Source of the DNA: an uncultured Clostridiaceae bacterium
GTDB taxonomy: Bacteria > Bacillota > Clostridia > Lutisporales > Lutisporaceae
Direction of reading: 5' to 3'
Assembly: GCA_964477445.1 (NCBI GenBank)
Contig: CAYZED010000004.1
Span: 16,180 to 80,179 of the forward strand
DNA: 64,000 bases
Shown here: positions 30,458 to 40,354 of the stretch, in pieces
Layout: every line of letters starts with the position of its first letter
How positions within the stretch are numbered: position 1 is the first letter of the stretch
Notes under the pieces: model-generated
Seen by the model: only the letters and a program-made list of their open reading frames with translations
The model's database searches: none
What the model was told of the DNA's origin: nothing
Translations under genes and position numbers: made by a program

Positions 30458-30580
30458 TTTTTAGTATGTTTCACCATAATTTAAAATTATATCATAATAT
30501 TTGAAAATGCAAAAGTGACATCGCTGCATTTCTTCTATAAGTAAATGCGGCAATGCCACCTTCTAATTTTATACTATAAA

Positions 30581-31393
30581 TTACACTATTCCTAATATTT
30601 TTCTGGCTTCTGCCGGTGTCGCAACTTCTCTTCCTGTCTCTCTCGAGATTCTAGCTATTCTTGCAACTAGTTGAGCGTTTGAATCTGCTAGCACCCCCTT
30701 TGAGTACCAAACATTATCCTCAAAACCAACTCTTACGTGTCCTCCCATTACTATCGCCATAACCGCTAAAGGTAGTTCATTTCTACCAATTCCAGCTACG
30801 GTCCATGTGCAATCAGAAGGTATATTATTAACTAAATACACTAAGTCGCTAGGATTACCTGGAATCGCACCTGGAACACCCATCACAAAATCAAAGTGAA
30901 TCGGGAGATTTACCAATCCTTTTTTAACTAGCTTCATGGCGTTATCAATCATTCCACGTTCGAATATCTCGATTTCCGGTTTCACACCGTTTTCTTGCAT
31001 AGTTTTTGCAAAAAACTCCATCAGTTCTTCGGTGTTCATAAAAACATCTGAACCGAAGTTACATGTACCCGTTGAAAGGGATGCCATTTCAGGTTTTAGA
31101 TAAACTGGTTGAATTCTCTCTTCTTTAGTATGCCATACTGCGCCGCCTGTAGATGGCTGAAAAATTACATCACATTTCGAGGCTATTCTCTCTTTTATTT
31201 CTTTATAAACATCTATACTTTGAGTAGGAGTTCCATCATCTTTCCTTGCATGAATGTGCACGATAGAGGCTCCAGCTTTCCATGCTTCATATGCTTCTAA
31301 TGCAATTTCCTCTGGTGTAATCGGCAAATTCGGCTGGGATTCTCGCGTTACCTCAGCTCCAGTTAGACAAGCTGTTATTATTAATTTTTCCAT
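30581..31393 (-). CDS. BKACE-family enzyme (3-keto-5-aminohexanoate cleavage enzyme-like, DUF849)
   Basis: MEKLIITACLTGAEVTR..PITPEEIA..AGASIVHIHAR..DG is the family signature. ATG at 31393 follows SD GAGGGG; the ORF-track start at 31405 is a GTG inside that SD. Confidence 0.8.
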   Translation of the reverse strand: MEKLIITACLTGAEVTRESQPNLPITPEEIALEAYEAWKAGASIVHIHARKDDGTPTQSIDVYKEIKERIASKCDVIFQPSTGGAVWHTKEERIQPVYLKPEMASLSTGTCNFGSDVFMNTEELMEFFAKTMQENGVKPEIEIFERGMIDNAMKLVKKGLVNLPIHFDFVMGVPGAIPGNPSDLVYLVNNIPSDCTWTVAGIGRNELPLAVMAIVMGGHVRVGFEDNVWYSKGVLADSNAQLVARIARISRETGREVATPAEARKILGIV

Positions 31394-31405
31394 TTTTCCC
31401 CTCAC

Positions 31406-32659
31406 TTACACACAAGGATATAAAGCCTTAGCGACTTCAAGTGATTCAGCGATAGCATCTAGCGCATTCTTTAAATCCTCATCAGTGTGTCTATGTGCAA
31501 TATAACCGTGGTGGAAAGGCTGTATGAAAAGTTTTCTTCTAATAGTTTCAGTGTAGAAGGCCACTCTTCGTTCTTTGTATTTATCATCAGCTTTATCAAA
31601 AGTTATAAAAGGCATTGGAGGGATTCCCGATACTTTCGCAGGCACACCAGAATCAGTTACGATTTTGTTCATATCAGCTAAGAATTTTGTGCCACGATCC
31701 CAAATGGAATCAAGAACGTTTTCTCTCTCAAGTATATCTATGCATTTCATAGATGCTGCTATTTCAAGGCTGTTTGGGAAGAATGTTGAACTGACAAAGC
31801 ATTTCGATTCCAAAACCTTCATGAATTCTGCTTTTCCAACACATGCGCTGATGGGATATCCATTTGCCATAGCTTTTCCAAATACTGAAACATCAGGTGT
31901 GACACCATATCTTTCCTGGGCACCGCCGAGCGATACTCTAAATCCTGTTCTGATTTCGTCAAAAATAAGAACTACATTATATTTATCTGCCAGTTCTCTT
32001 ACCCCTTTTAAATATCCTTCTGGTGGTTCTACAACAGGCAATGCCAATGGATGTCCTACAGGAGTGATAATAATACAAGCGGTCTTGTTTTTGTATTTTT
32101 CCAGTGCATTTTCTAAAACACTTAAGTCACCATATGGAAATTCTACTGTTAGCTCTGCTACTTGCTTTGGAACTCCATTATTATTCTCAACGCACCAATC
32201 ATGCCATCCATGATATCCGCATCTTAAAATAACATCTTTGTCGGTGTAACCTCTAGCCACTCTTACTGCAATTCCTGTGACATCCGAGCCAGTCTTAGCT
32301 AATACAACCATTTCAGCTGAAGGTATAAGATCAATTAGCCTTTTTTCAAGTTTGTTCTGGATTTCTTGAACTAATGCGAAACAAAAACCTTTTTCCATTT
32401 GTTCGATGACTGCTTGATTGATTTCAGGTTCGTTATACCCAAGAATAATTGGTCCATAACCGCATAGCATGTCAATGTAATCATTTCCGTCCACATCGAC
32501 GATATGTCCGCCATAACCCCTGTCGATGAATATTGGATATTCACCTTGAATAAAGTTATAAGGTCTTCTGATGCTCATCATTCCGCCTGGTGAAAGAATC
32601 TTTGATTCTTCGTAAAGCGCCATTGACTTAGTGAGATTGAGTTTTTCTTTTCTTTCCAT
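31406..32659 (-). CDS. class-III PLP aminotransferase (glutamate-1-semialdehyde aminomutase-like)
   Basis: 417 aa. GYGPIILGY, DEIRTGFR, PLP-lysine context FGKAMANGYPIS. Confidence 0.8.
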   Translation of the reverse strand: MERKEKLNLTKSMALYEESKILSPGGMMSIRRPYNFIQGEYPIFIDRGYGGHIVDVDGNDYIDMLCGYGPIILGYNEPEINQAVIEQMEKGFCFALVQEIQNKLEKRLIDLIPSAEMVVLAKTGSDVTGIAVRVARGYTDKDVILRCGYHGWHDWCVENNNGVPKQVAELTVEFPYGDLSVLENALEKYKNKTACIIITPVGHPLALPVVEPPEGYLKGVRELADKYNVVLIFDEIRTGFRVSLGGAQERYGVTPDVSVFGKAMANGYPISACVGKAEFMKVLESKCFVSSTFFPNSLEIAASMKCIDILERENVLDSIWDRGTKFLADMNKIVTDSGVPAKVSGIPPMPFITFDKADDKYKERRVAFYTETIRRKLFIQPFHHGYIAHRHTDEDLKNALDAIAESLEVAKALYPCV

Positions 32660-32734
32660 GATTTTCTCCTCTTGTATATAAAAAATTTAAAAAATTGATA
32701 ACAAAGTAATAAGAATTGATTAATTTCGCTAAAT

Positions 32735-34429
32735 TCATCCGACTAAGTTTTTTACATCCTCGCACAAGCAATTATATGCTACTTCGGCTAAATCTCTATC
32801 AACGCCTTTAGCTGACATATAAATCTTTAGTTTTGGCTCTGTGCCTGAAGGTCTTAAGCAGAACCAATTTCCATTTTCCAGAAAAAAGAATAATGCGTTT
32901 TCTTTTGGTAGTTTAATTTTACCCTGATAGTTCATATAATCTCTGAATTCGGCAACTTTCACTCCACCAACAACTTTAGGTGGGTTTTCACGCCAAGTGT
33001 TCATAATATTTTTCATTTTGTCCATGCCCTCAATACCCTTAAATGCAATATTCATTACATTTTCAGATAAAAATCCGAATTTTTCGTATAAGGATGTTAA
33101 AGCATCAAAAAGAGTCTTTCCATTAGCTTTATGATATGCTGCCATTTCGCAAACTAGCATAGCAGTTACAACTGCATCTTTATCTCTGCAGTGTTCTCCT
33201 GCAAGGTAACCAAAGCTTTCTTCATACGCGAAGGCAAATTCGTTTTCACCAGTTTCATTAAATTCATTTATTTTTGCACCAATGTTTTTAAATCCTGTTA
33301 AAACCGTAACCACCTGTGCCCCATAACTCTCTGCAACAATTTGTCCAAGTCTGCTCGATACTATGGTGTCGATTATTGTGGTTTTTTTGTTTAATTCGCC
33401 GCGTCTTTTCATAGAAAGTAACACAAAATCAATAAGAAGTGCTCCCGTTTGATTTCCTGTTAGAACGACATATTCTCCACTTGCATTCTTTACCACAACA
33501 CCTACTCTATCAGCGTCAGGATCAGTCGCAAAAATAATATCTGCGTCAATATCCTTTGACATTTTCATGGCAATTTCAAAAACAGCTTTTTCTTCAGGAT
33601 TTGGGTACTTTACTGTCGGGAAATTACCATCTGGTAATTCTTGTTCTGGCACTACGTAAACTTTTTCGAAACCGAGCTCACTCAAAACTCTACGAACCGG
33701 TATGTTACCAGTTCCATGCAAAGGCGTATAAATTATTTTTAAGTCTTTATGTGTTTTTTTAACTTCTTCATCATTTTGACTTTGTTCCTTTACCTTTTCA
33801 ATATAAACATCGTCAATCTCTTTTCCGATTATTTCTAGCATGCCTTCTTTTTTAAAATCTCTTTCATAATCACATTTAATGGTTCCAAAATCACTAATTG
33901 CATTTGCCTCTGCGATAAGGTCACTAGCACCTGGATCAATCATTTGGCCGCCGTCTTCCCAATAAACTTTGTATCCGTTATATTCCGGTGGATTATGGCT
34001 TGCAGTAATAACAATCCCCGATGTCGCTTTTAAATATCTAACTGCAAAAGAAAGTTCTGGTGTTGGCCTCAAATCTTCAAATAGAAAAACCTTTATTCCA
34101 TTAGAATTTAGAACTCTAGCCGCCTCATTAGAAAATTCTTTCGAAAATCTCCTACTATCAAAGGCAATTACAGTCGAAGGATTTTTAACGCCTTTTTTTA
34201 TTATATAGTTCGCGAGTCCTTGTGTAGCTCTACCAACTGTATACTTATTCATTCTATTCGTGCCCGCGCCGATAATTCCTCTCAGCCCTGCGGTTCCGAA
34301 TTCTAAATCTTTATAAAACCTATCTTCAATTTCTTTATCATTTCCCTCTAAAGCTCTTAATTCGTTTTTAGTACCTTCATCGAACGCGTTTCCATTAAGC
34401 CACTCTTTGTATCTGTCAATATAACTCAT
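32735..34429 (-). CDS. pgcA: phosphoglucomutase / phosphomannomutase (alpha-D-phosphohexomutase)
   Basis: 564 aa. Active-site loop TASHNPPEYNGYK, metal loop DPDADR, GEESFG-like EESFGY. Confidence 0.88.
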   Translation of the reverse strand: MSYIDRYKEWLNGNAFDEGTKNELRALEGNDKEIEDRFYKDLEFGTAGLRGIIGAGTNRMNKYTVGRATQGLANYIIKKGVKNPSTVIAFDSRRFSKEFSNEAARVLNSNGIKVFLFEDLRPTPELSFAVRYLKATSGIVITASHNPPEYNGYKVYWEDGGQMIDPGASDLIAEANAISDFGTIKCDYERDFKKEGMLEIIGKEIDDVYIEKVKEQSQNDEEVKKTHKDLKIIYTPLHGTGNIPVRRVLSELGFEKVYVVPEQELPDGNFPTVKYPNPEEKAVFEIAMKMSKDIDADIIFATDPDADRVGVVVKNASGEYVVLTGNQTGALLIDFVLLSMKRRGELNKKTTIIDTIVSSRLGQIVAESYGAQVVTVLTGFKNIGAKINEFNETGENEFAFAYEESFGYLAGEHCRDKDAVVTAMLVCEMAAYHKANGKTLFDALTSLYEKFGFLSENVMNIAFKGIEGMDKMKNIMNTWRENPPKVVGGVKVAEFRDYMNYQGKIKLPKENALFFFLENGNWFCLRPSGTEPKLKIYMSAKGVDRDLAEVAYNCLCEDVKNLVG

Positions 34430-34863
34430 ACTATTTCCTCCTGTTTTTTTGATTTTTTATCTTTTGGAAGATTTGACACAAATACGAAAACTTTTGAGCC
34501 AGTAAAATTTATTATTAAAGTAAAAATTGTAGCAATTATCTTAGCTTTATATACGTATAAACCCAAATTTTGAACTAATACATAAATAATTATCGACGAA
34601 ACAGTCAAAGCAACAAGGTTTAATGCGAAAAACTTAAGCATTTCTGTCTTATATGGTGTATCTTTTTTAGCAAAAGTCCAATACTTGTTAAATAGAAAGC
34701 TATTCAAAGTCCCACATAAATACGAAATTATTTGAGCATAAGTATAAAATACACCTATTACGCCATTTAAAAAGAAAAAAATCAGCATATCTACACAAGT
34801 GTTAATAACACCCACTATTCCAAATTTAAAAAACTGAACAAATCCTTTGTTGAATTTTATCAC
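34426..34863 (-). CDS. GtrA-family membrane protein (polyprenyl-phosphate-sugar translocation family)
   Basis: 145 aa, four TM helices, FFKFGIVGVINTCVDM opening typical of GtrA. 4-nt overlap with the pgm start. Confidence 0.75.
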   Translation of the reverse strand: MIKFNKGFVQFFKFGIVGVINTCVDMLIFFFLNGVIGVFYTYAQIISYLCGTLNSFLFNKYWTFAKKDTPYKTEMLKFFALNLVALTVSSIIIYVLVQNLGLYVYKAKIIATIFTLIINFTGSKVFVFVSNLPKDKKSKKQEEIV

Positions 34864-34903
34864 AGAAGTCCCCTTCCCACGAAAATTTTAATTATAAAAT
34901 ACA

Positions 34904-37900
34904 CTAGCTGATAAAATACCAGGTCTTCATCCAAATCAAAAATGTCTTAACATATGACGAATCCACAACAAATCCCGAAATAACTGGATAGAACATAATA
35001 AAAAGTAACAAAGCTACGCATATAATTATTCCCATTATGATGTTTTCTGTTATGACCAAAATCTTCCTTTTGTTTTCACCGGAAACTGCTTTTATCACAT
35101 AAACGATACTAAAAATCGAAAATACAGCAGCTCCAAAGTAGTGATAAATAAATAGCAACCTCGGAACAAGCATCCATGGTAAATAAAGTGCACAATACCC
35201 TACAATAACTGAAAACATAGATTTGTCTTTTTTATAAAAACTTATTATCCCAGCAATTACTACTGCAGGCACGCTAAGCCACCAAATTATCGGATTTCCA
35301 AATGCCGAAATGGTAGAAGCTTTTCCCGCTGCCAAATATTCCGACCCAGAGTAATACCAAATCGGCTTAATCATCATAGGCCATTCCCACCACTTTGAGG
35401 AAAACGGATGACTCGCAACAAGCTGACTATGATATTTAAACATCTCGAATTGATATGAAATTATCTCACTGAAAGAATTTACTTTGTTTGCAATTAGCAT
35501 AAACGGATAATATGAGCTTATATATATTATAACAGGTACAACTACGAAGAACAGAGTACTAAATGCAAGGATTTTTATGGTAAACGGTTTGAAATCTCGC
35601 TTTATACCAACAAGTGTCTCGGTTTTTTCTAATGTAATATGATTTTCTAGAACATTTCGTGCATACAAATATTCTTTATATCTGCTATATATTGATGCAA
35701 AATATATGACCGCGAGTCCTAATCCTCCATAAACACAAATCCATTTTGTGGCTATACCGAATCCAAAAAACAATCCAGATAAACCTAGATAGATTAGCGA
35801 TTTTTTTAGACCTAGTTTATAAAAGCCAGAACGAGAATACATGTACATAAAGTAATACATTAACAAGGAGAAGAATACTGTGTACACATCAACAGTGGCA
35901 ATACGCGTTTGAGTGAAATGCATAAAATCAAGTGATAACAAGACGGCCGCGAATAGCGCATATTTTGATCCTGAAAAAATCCTTTTTGCAAAAACATATA
36001 TTGCTGGAATCATTAAAATTCCAAATAATTCTCCTACAATTCTCCATCCAAAAGGATTCATGCCGAAAATCATTATGCCAAAAGAAATTAGTATTTTACC
36101 TAAAGGTGGATGCGTCCATTCATAAGGCTGTAAGTGGTTTATAAATTCATATGCGGTTCTTGCAAAATATATTTCATCAAAGTATGTACTATTAAAATAA
36201 GATGGCGTTCTCGGAACTGTTCTCTGCTCGTCAAAAAGCGCCGATCCGTTTTCTGACACTATTACGGGGCTAATAAGTTCATTTTTCGTGTCAAATATGC
36301 CAAGTTCACTTATAGAAGTATTTTCAGCTTCTGATTTTATTGAAATATATCTGATTTTGTTTTTTACTGTTTTCGAGTTCCAAGAAAACATATATCCAGC
36401 AAAGACATTAGATAACTTCTCTGACTTTCCTAGTTCATTTTCATAAGAAATCTCAAAAGGTCCATTATCGCGGCCTTGAAAATATGATATTTTGCTCACA
36501 TCTTGGAAAGAGCCTAAATCAACAGTAATCACGCTATTAATCTTCTCTGACTTCCAAGGATTATAAGGAGCTAAATTTGATCCTAGATTCACCATAGAAA
36601 CGCCCGCATATACTAGTGTTATTAGAATAACAAAAATATAATCCAACTTCTTAAATTTGTTTTCAATTATTGGACTAAATATGTTTTCCATACTGTTTTT
36701 TGAGTCTAAAAACTTCTTTTTTATTCTATCCGTTACTATTTCGCTTATACTAATTGAAGAAATTTGATTTCTTTCATTCCCATAATCTTTAGAATTGATG
36801 ATGCCGCCATCCCCCGAATGGCCTCTTCCGCTGGCTCTTTTGAATATAAACCTCTTCAAGATGTAATAAACCAAATATGCAAATATTAGCAGATTTATAA
36901 CTGATGTGATTATTAAAATAATATTATTATTTGCTACTTGATATGAATCTTTTAGTGCATATAAATAAACCTGAAAGGTGTTCACAAACTGAGTTAGCGA
37001 TATTGCAAAAAAAGCAAAAAGCATTCTTCTATCATTGAAAATAATACTAACTAGCAGCGACAATACTATCGCTGGAAACATATATCGTTCGTGCATTTTT
37101 GGCACTAAAAGGAAAACCGAAGTTATTAAAAACAATCCAACAATAAAATATTTACCTTTATCTTTAATTTTATATAGAAGAAAAAGTGAAAAAATAGTAA
37201 TTATTGCAATAAAAACTTTCCCTAAATCTGAAATAGTTATAAAAGCAACCTTATAAAGAATGTCTCCCCAATTCATGCCAAATAACGCGTAAATATTATA
37301 TGCATTCAATGTCGCATATGGATATGAGGAAAAAGTTTTAAAGTATAAATTAAAAATCCATATAAAATTCCCTTGATAAATTGAGAATACGAGCGATGCC
37401 AAAAATATTGTAGCAGCTCCTGAAAGTGCTCCTAAAACAAAGGTTTTTAAATTTTTTCGTTCAAAATATGCATATATTAGAAGCGGTGCAAATATTGCGA
37501 TTTGTGGCTTAACTAAAATCCCCAACGCGAAAATGATTGTAGCTTCAATTAGATTATCTTCGGTGAGTTTATTTATAAACAAAATTAATAATAGTGTATA
37601 AAACGAATCAATTTGACCCCAAATCGCTGAATTAAGCAAAATCGCTGGGTTAAATGCATATATTGAAGCCAGAATAAGCGACCACTTTGAAAGATTAAAT
37701 TTCTCTGCCGTTTTATATATGTAATAAGTTATGACAATGTCCGTAATAATGCTTGGAAGCTTAACCAATAACGAAAATAAATTCGAATTATAATCAAATC
37801 TAAAGAAATTTTCTAAAACTCCAATTATGTATAGAACATAAATATACCCCGGTGGGTAATCTGCAAACGAACCAGAACTATAAAACGCTGGCAAGTCCTT

Positions 37901-38041
37901 AGCTGCACTAAGCGCCCACGATTTAAAACAACCTATATCTATCGGATATGATGGAAAAATAAGCGCTGATATTATTCTTGCAACCAAAGCCAATAAGAGA
38001 AGAATAAACAGCGGTTTATGGATTTTTTTTAACAAGTTCAA
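34904..38041 (-). CDS. giant polytopic glycosyltransferase: N-terminal GT-C module (DYPPGY type) + discoidin-like domain + C-terminal PMT/GT39-like GT-C module
   Basis: 1045 aa. Residues ~1-400: many TM helices with FADYPPGYIY. Residues ~490-600: soluble segment ITVDLGSFQDVSKISYFQGRDNGP..ISIKSE..ISELGIFD (F5/8-type-C-like). Residues ~610-1045: YFDEIYFARTAYEF..WTHPPLGK, the DE/HPPLGK signature of protein O-mannosyltransferase-like enzymes. Confidence 0.7.
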   Translation of the reverse strand: MNLLKKIHKPLFILLLLALVARIISALIFPSYPIDIGCFKSWALSAAKDLPAFYSSGSFADYPPGYIYVLYIIGVLENFFRFDYNSNLFSLLVKLPSIITDIVITYYIYKTAEKFNLSKWSLILASIYAFNPAILLNSAIWGQIDSFYTLLLILFINKLTEDNLIEATIIFALGILVKPQIAIFAPLLIYAYFERKNLKTFVLGALSGAATIFLASLVFSIYQGNFIWIFNLYFKTFSSYPYATLNAYNIYALFGMNWGDILYKVAFITISDLGKVFIAIITIFSLFLLYKIKDKGKYFIVGLFLITSVFLLVPKMHERYMFPAIVLSLLVSIIFNDRRMLFAFFAISLTQFVNTFQVYLYALKDSYQVANNNIILIITSVINLLIFAYLVYYILKRFIFKRASGRGHSGDGGIINSKDYGNERNQISSISISEIVTDRIKKKFLDSKNSMENIFSPIIENKFKKLDYIFVILITLVYAGVSMVNLGSNLAPYNPWKSEKINSVITVDLGSFQDVSKISYFQGRDNGPFEISYENELGKSEKLSNVFAGYMFSWNSKTVKNKIRYISIKSEAENTSISELGIFDTKNELISPVIVSENGSALFDEQRTVPRTPSYFNSTYFDEIYFARTAYEFINHLQPYEWTHPPLGKILISFGIMIFGMNPFGWRIVGELFGILMIPAIYVFAKRIFSGSKYALFAAVLLSLDFMHFTQTRIATVDVYTVFFSLLMYYFMYMYSRSGFYKLGLKKSLIYLGLSGLFFGFGIATKWICVYGGLGLAVIYFASIYSRYKEYLYARNVLENHITLEKTETLVGIKRDFKPFTIKILAFSTLFFVVVPVIIYISSYYPFMLIANKVNSFSEIISYQFEMFKYHSQLVASHPFSSKWWEWPMMIKPIWYYSGSEYLAAGKASTISAFGNPIIWWLSVPAVVIAGIISFYKKDKSMFSVIVGYCALYLPWMLVPRLLFIYHYFGAAVFSIFSIVYVIKAVSGENKRKILVITENIIMGIIICVALLLFIMFYPVISGFVVDSSYVKTFLIWMKTWYFIS

Positions 38042-38234
38042 TTACACATCCTTTTCTTTATATCACATTACTAAATGTTATCATTTTGAAAATACCTAGT
38101 CAATCAATACGAACGTTAAAAATTCGAATTCGACAAACGTCTTTTCTCCAAATACGTATATTGTTAGTGTATAATAAAACCTATACAATTAATAGATTTT
38201 TAAAAACGCAGAATAAAAAAGGAGGACAAAATAT

Positions 38235-39527
38235 ATGTCAACACGTACCAGAATTATTATTGCAATAACTGTAGTAATACTAGGAATAGGGCTATTAGGT
38301 CTACAAATAACTTTAGCAAACAATGCAAAAATCAAACCGGTTACATTTGAAACCATAACAAAGAAGAATCTAGTTCAAACAGTCACATCTACAGGTGTAA
38401 TAAGTGCTGGGAAAAGTCAAACTATTACTTTGCCTTTCAGCCAAAAAGTAAAAGATATATTAGTCAAAGAAGGTTATTATATCGTCAAAGGGCAAACTTT
38501 GATTATAATGGATACTACTGATTTGAACTCTCAATTAGCAAAGTTGAAAATTTCAGTAGATATTGCGACTATGAATTTAGCTAATGCCGAAGGTTCTAGT
38601 GGCAAATTCCAAAAACTCACTGCCACAAATGCAGTAAAACAAGCTGAAATATCTTTAAAGAATGCACAAACAAGCTTTGATGACGCTGAATGGAAAGAAA
38701 CTGAATATAAAAAGAAATATGATGCTGGTCAAGTTACTGAAGAAATTTACAGAAGTATTAAAAGTGCTAAAGCAATGGCATCTAATCAGCTCAGCTTAGC
38801 AAAAATTTCTCTATCGAATGCGAACGCTAGTTTAAAATCTAATACTAACACCAGCGAAAACACACTGAAAACTCTCAAATTACAGCTTAGCAGCGCTAAA
38901 TCTGACTATGCTTCATTAGTAAAGAAAATTGCGGATAGTAATGTGAAATCAGGCATATCCGGAAAAGTAATCTCATTAAAAGTTAAGTCTGGCGAGTATC
39001 CCGATCAAACCAATGCTCAGATTATTATTTATGACACTTCTTCTTATAAACTTTCTGTGGCGCTTGACCAAACTGATGCCGTAAATATAAAACTAAACCA
39101 AAAAGCAACAATAAAAATTGCTGGATTGGACAAAAAATATACTGGCCGAGTAAGTTATATAAGCGATAATGCAACATCCTCTCTATCCGCTGGAGGACTT
39201 GAAACAAAACTTAAAGTAGATATTTCTTTAGATTCTGTTGATGAAAATGTCAAACCTGGTTTTGAGGCTGACGCAGATATTATTTTGAAAGAAACAAACA
39301 ACGTCCTGGCAGTAAGTTTTGATGCTATCACTACTGATTCAAATGGTATTAAGTATTTGTTCCTAAATAAGCTAGGTAAAGCAGTTAAAACAATAGTAAC
39401 TACAGGTGCCGAAACAGATTTTGATATTGAAATATTAACTGGAGTCAAAGAGGGTGACGTATATGTCAGCAATCCACCTACAGGATTAATAAATGGAGAT
39501 TCGATTAAGCTCGAGGGGGCAAAATAA
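38235..39527 (+). CDS. efflux transporter periplasmic adaptor (HlyD/MacA family)
   Basis: 430 aa. N-terminal TM helix, lipoyl-like/coiled-coil hairpin/beta-barrel layout. SD AAGGAGGA. Confidence 0.8.
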   Translation: MSTRTRIIIAITVVILGIGLLGLQITLANNAKIKPVTFETITKKNLVQTVTSTGVISAGKSQTITLPFSQKVKDILVKEGYYIVKGQTLIIMDTTDLNSQLAKLKISVDIATMNLANAEGSSGKFQKLTATNAVKQAEISLKNAQTSFDDAEWKETEYKKKYDAGQVTEEIYRSIKSAKAMASNQLSLAKISLSNANASLKSNTNTSENTLKTLKLQLSSAKSDYASLVKKIADSNVKSGISGKVISLKVKSGEYPDQTNAQIIIYDTSSYKLSVALDQTDAVNIKLNQKATIKIAGLDKKYTGRVSYISDNATSSLSAGGLETKLKVDISLDSVDENVKPGFEADADIILKETNNVLAVSFDAITTDSNGIKYLFLNKLGKAVKTIVTTGAETDFDIEILTGVKEGDVYVSNPPTGLINGDSIKLEGAK

Positions 39528-40354
39528 TGAGTGTTATAAGAATAGAGAAACTGACTAAGATTTATGACACTGGTAGTTTTAAAGTTGAGGCATTGAGTGG
39601 TATTGATTTAAAAATTGATGAAAAGGAATATGTAGCCATAATGGGCGCATCCGGCTCAGGAAAATCCACACTAATGAACATTATTGGCTGTCTTGATAAA
39701 ATGACAGAAGGAAAATACTTCCTCAGCGAAGTTGATGTATCTACAATGGATGACGATAAGTTAGCTGCGGTTAGAAATGAGCGAATAGGATTTGTATTTC
39801 AAGCCTTTAATCTCCTTCCACGTCTTGATGCCTTAAAAAACGTTGAATTGCCAATGATTTATGCAGGAATTCATGCGAACGAACGTATGTCACGAGCCTT
39901 ACAAGCGCTCGAACGAGTTGGCCTATCAGATCGTTCACATCATCGTCCTAACGAGCTATCAGGTGGCCAAAAGCAGAGGGTTGCGATTGCCCGAGCACTG
40001 GTTATGAATCCATCGATAATTTTAGCTGACGAACCCACTGGTAATTTAGATACTAAATCGAGTGCAGAAATTATGCAAATTTTTGAGAAACTTAATGAAG
40101 AAGGTGTTACTATCGTGATGGTAACTCATGAAGCTGATATTGCTTCACATTGCCAACGAGCTGTTCATTTTAGAGATGGCAAAATAATAAACGATTACAA
40201 AATTGATAATCGTGTCAAATATTTCGGAGAAAATGGAGTTCCTTTGGATATCATAACTTCAGTCTGTGATGCCCCTCATTTAAGTGGAGAAGAAACTAGC
40301 TTATATACTAAGGAAAAAGAATCAATACCGACCACTATGGGAGGTGATATTTAA
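39527..40354 (+). CDS. ABC transporter ATP-binding protein (MacB/LolD type) with ~50-aa C-terminal extension
   Basis: Walker [10 protein letters not shown], signature LSGGQKQR, Walker B ILADEPTG. The start overlaps the upstream stop (TAATG). Confidence 0.9.
   Translation: MSVIRIEKLTKIYDTGSFKVEALSGIDLKIDEKEYVAIMGASGSGKSTLMNIIGCLDKMTEGKYFLSEVDVSTMDDDKLAAVRNERIGFVFQAFNLLPRLDALKNVELPMIYAGIHANERMSRALQALERVGLSDRSHHRPNELSGGQKQRVAIARALVMNPSIILADEPTGNLDTKSSAEIMQIFEKLNEEGVTIVMVTHEADIASHCQRAVHFRDGKIINDYKIDNRVKYFGENGVPLDIITSVCDAPHLSGEETSLYTKEKESIPTTMGGDI

Noticed and set aside
30581-31393. Evidence for a complete lysine-fermentation (kam/kdd/kce/kal) cluster
   Set aside because: Only the BKACE gene and an aminotransferase are present. 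The other pathway genes are not in the window, so the gene is called only at family level.
38086-38268. 60-aa plus-strand ORF upstream of the HlyD-family gene
   Set aside because: It covers the promoter/SD region and overlaps the adaptor gene's start in another frame. No SD of its own.
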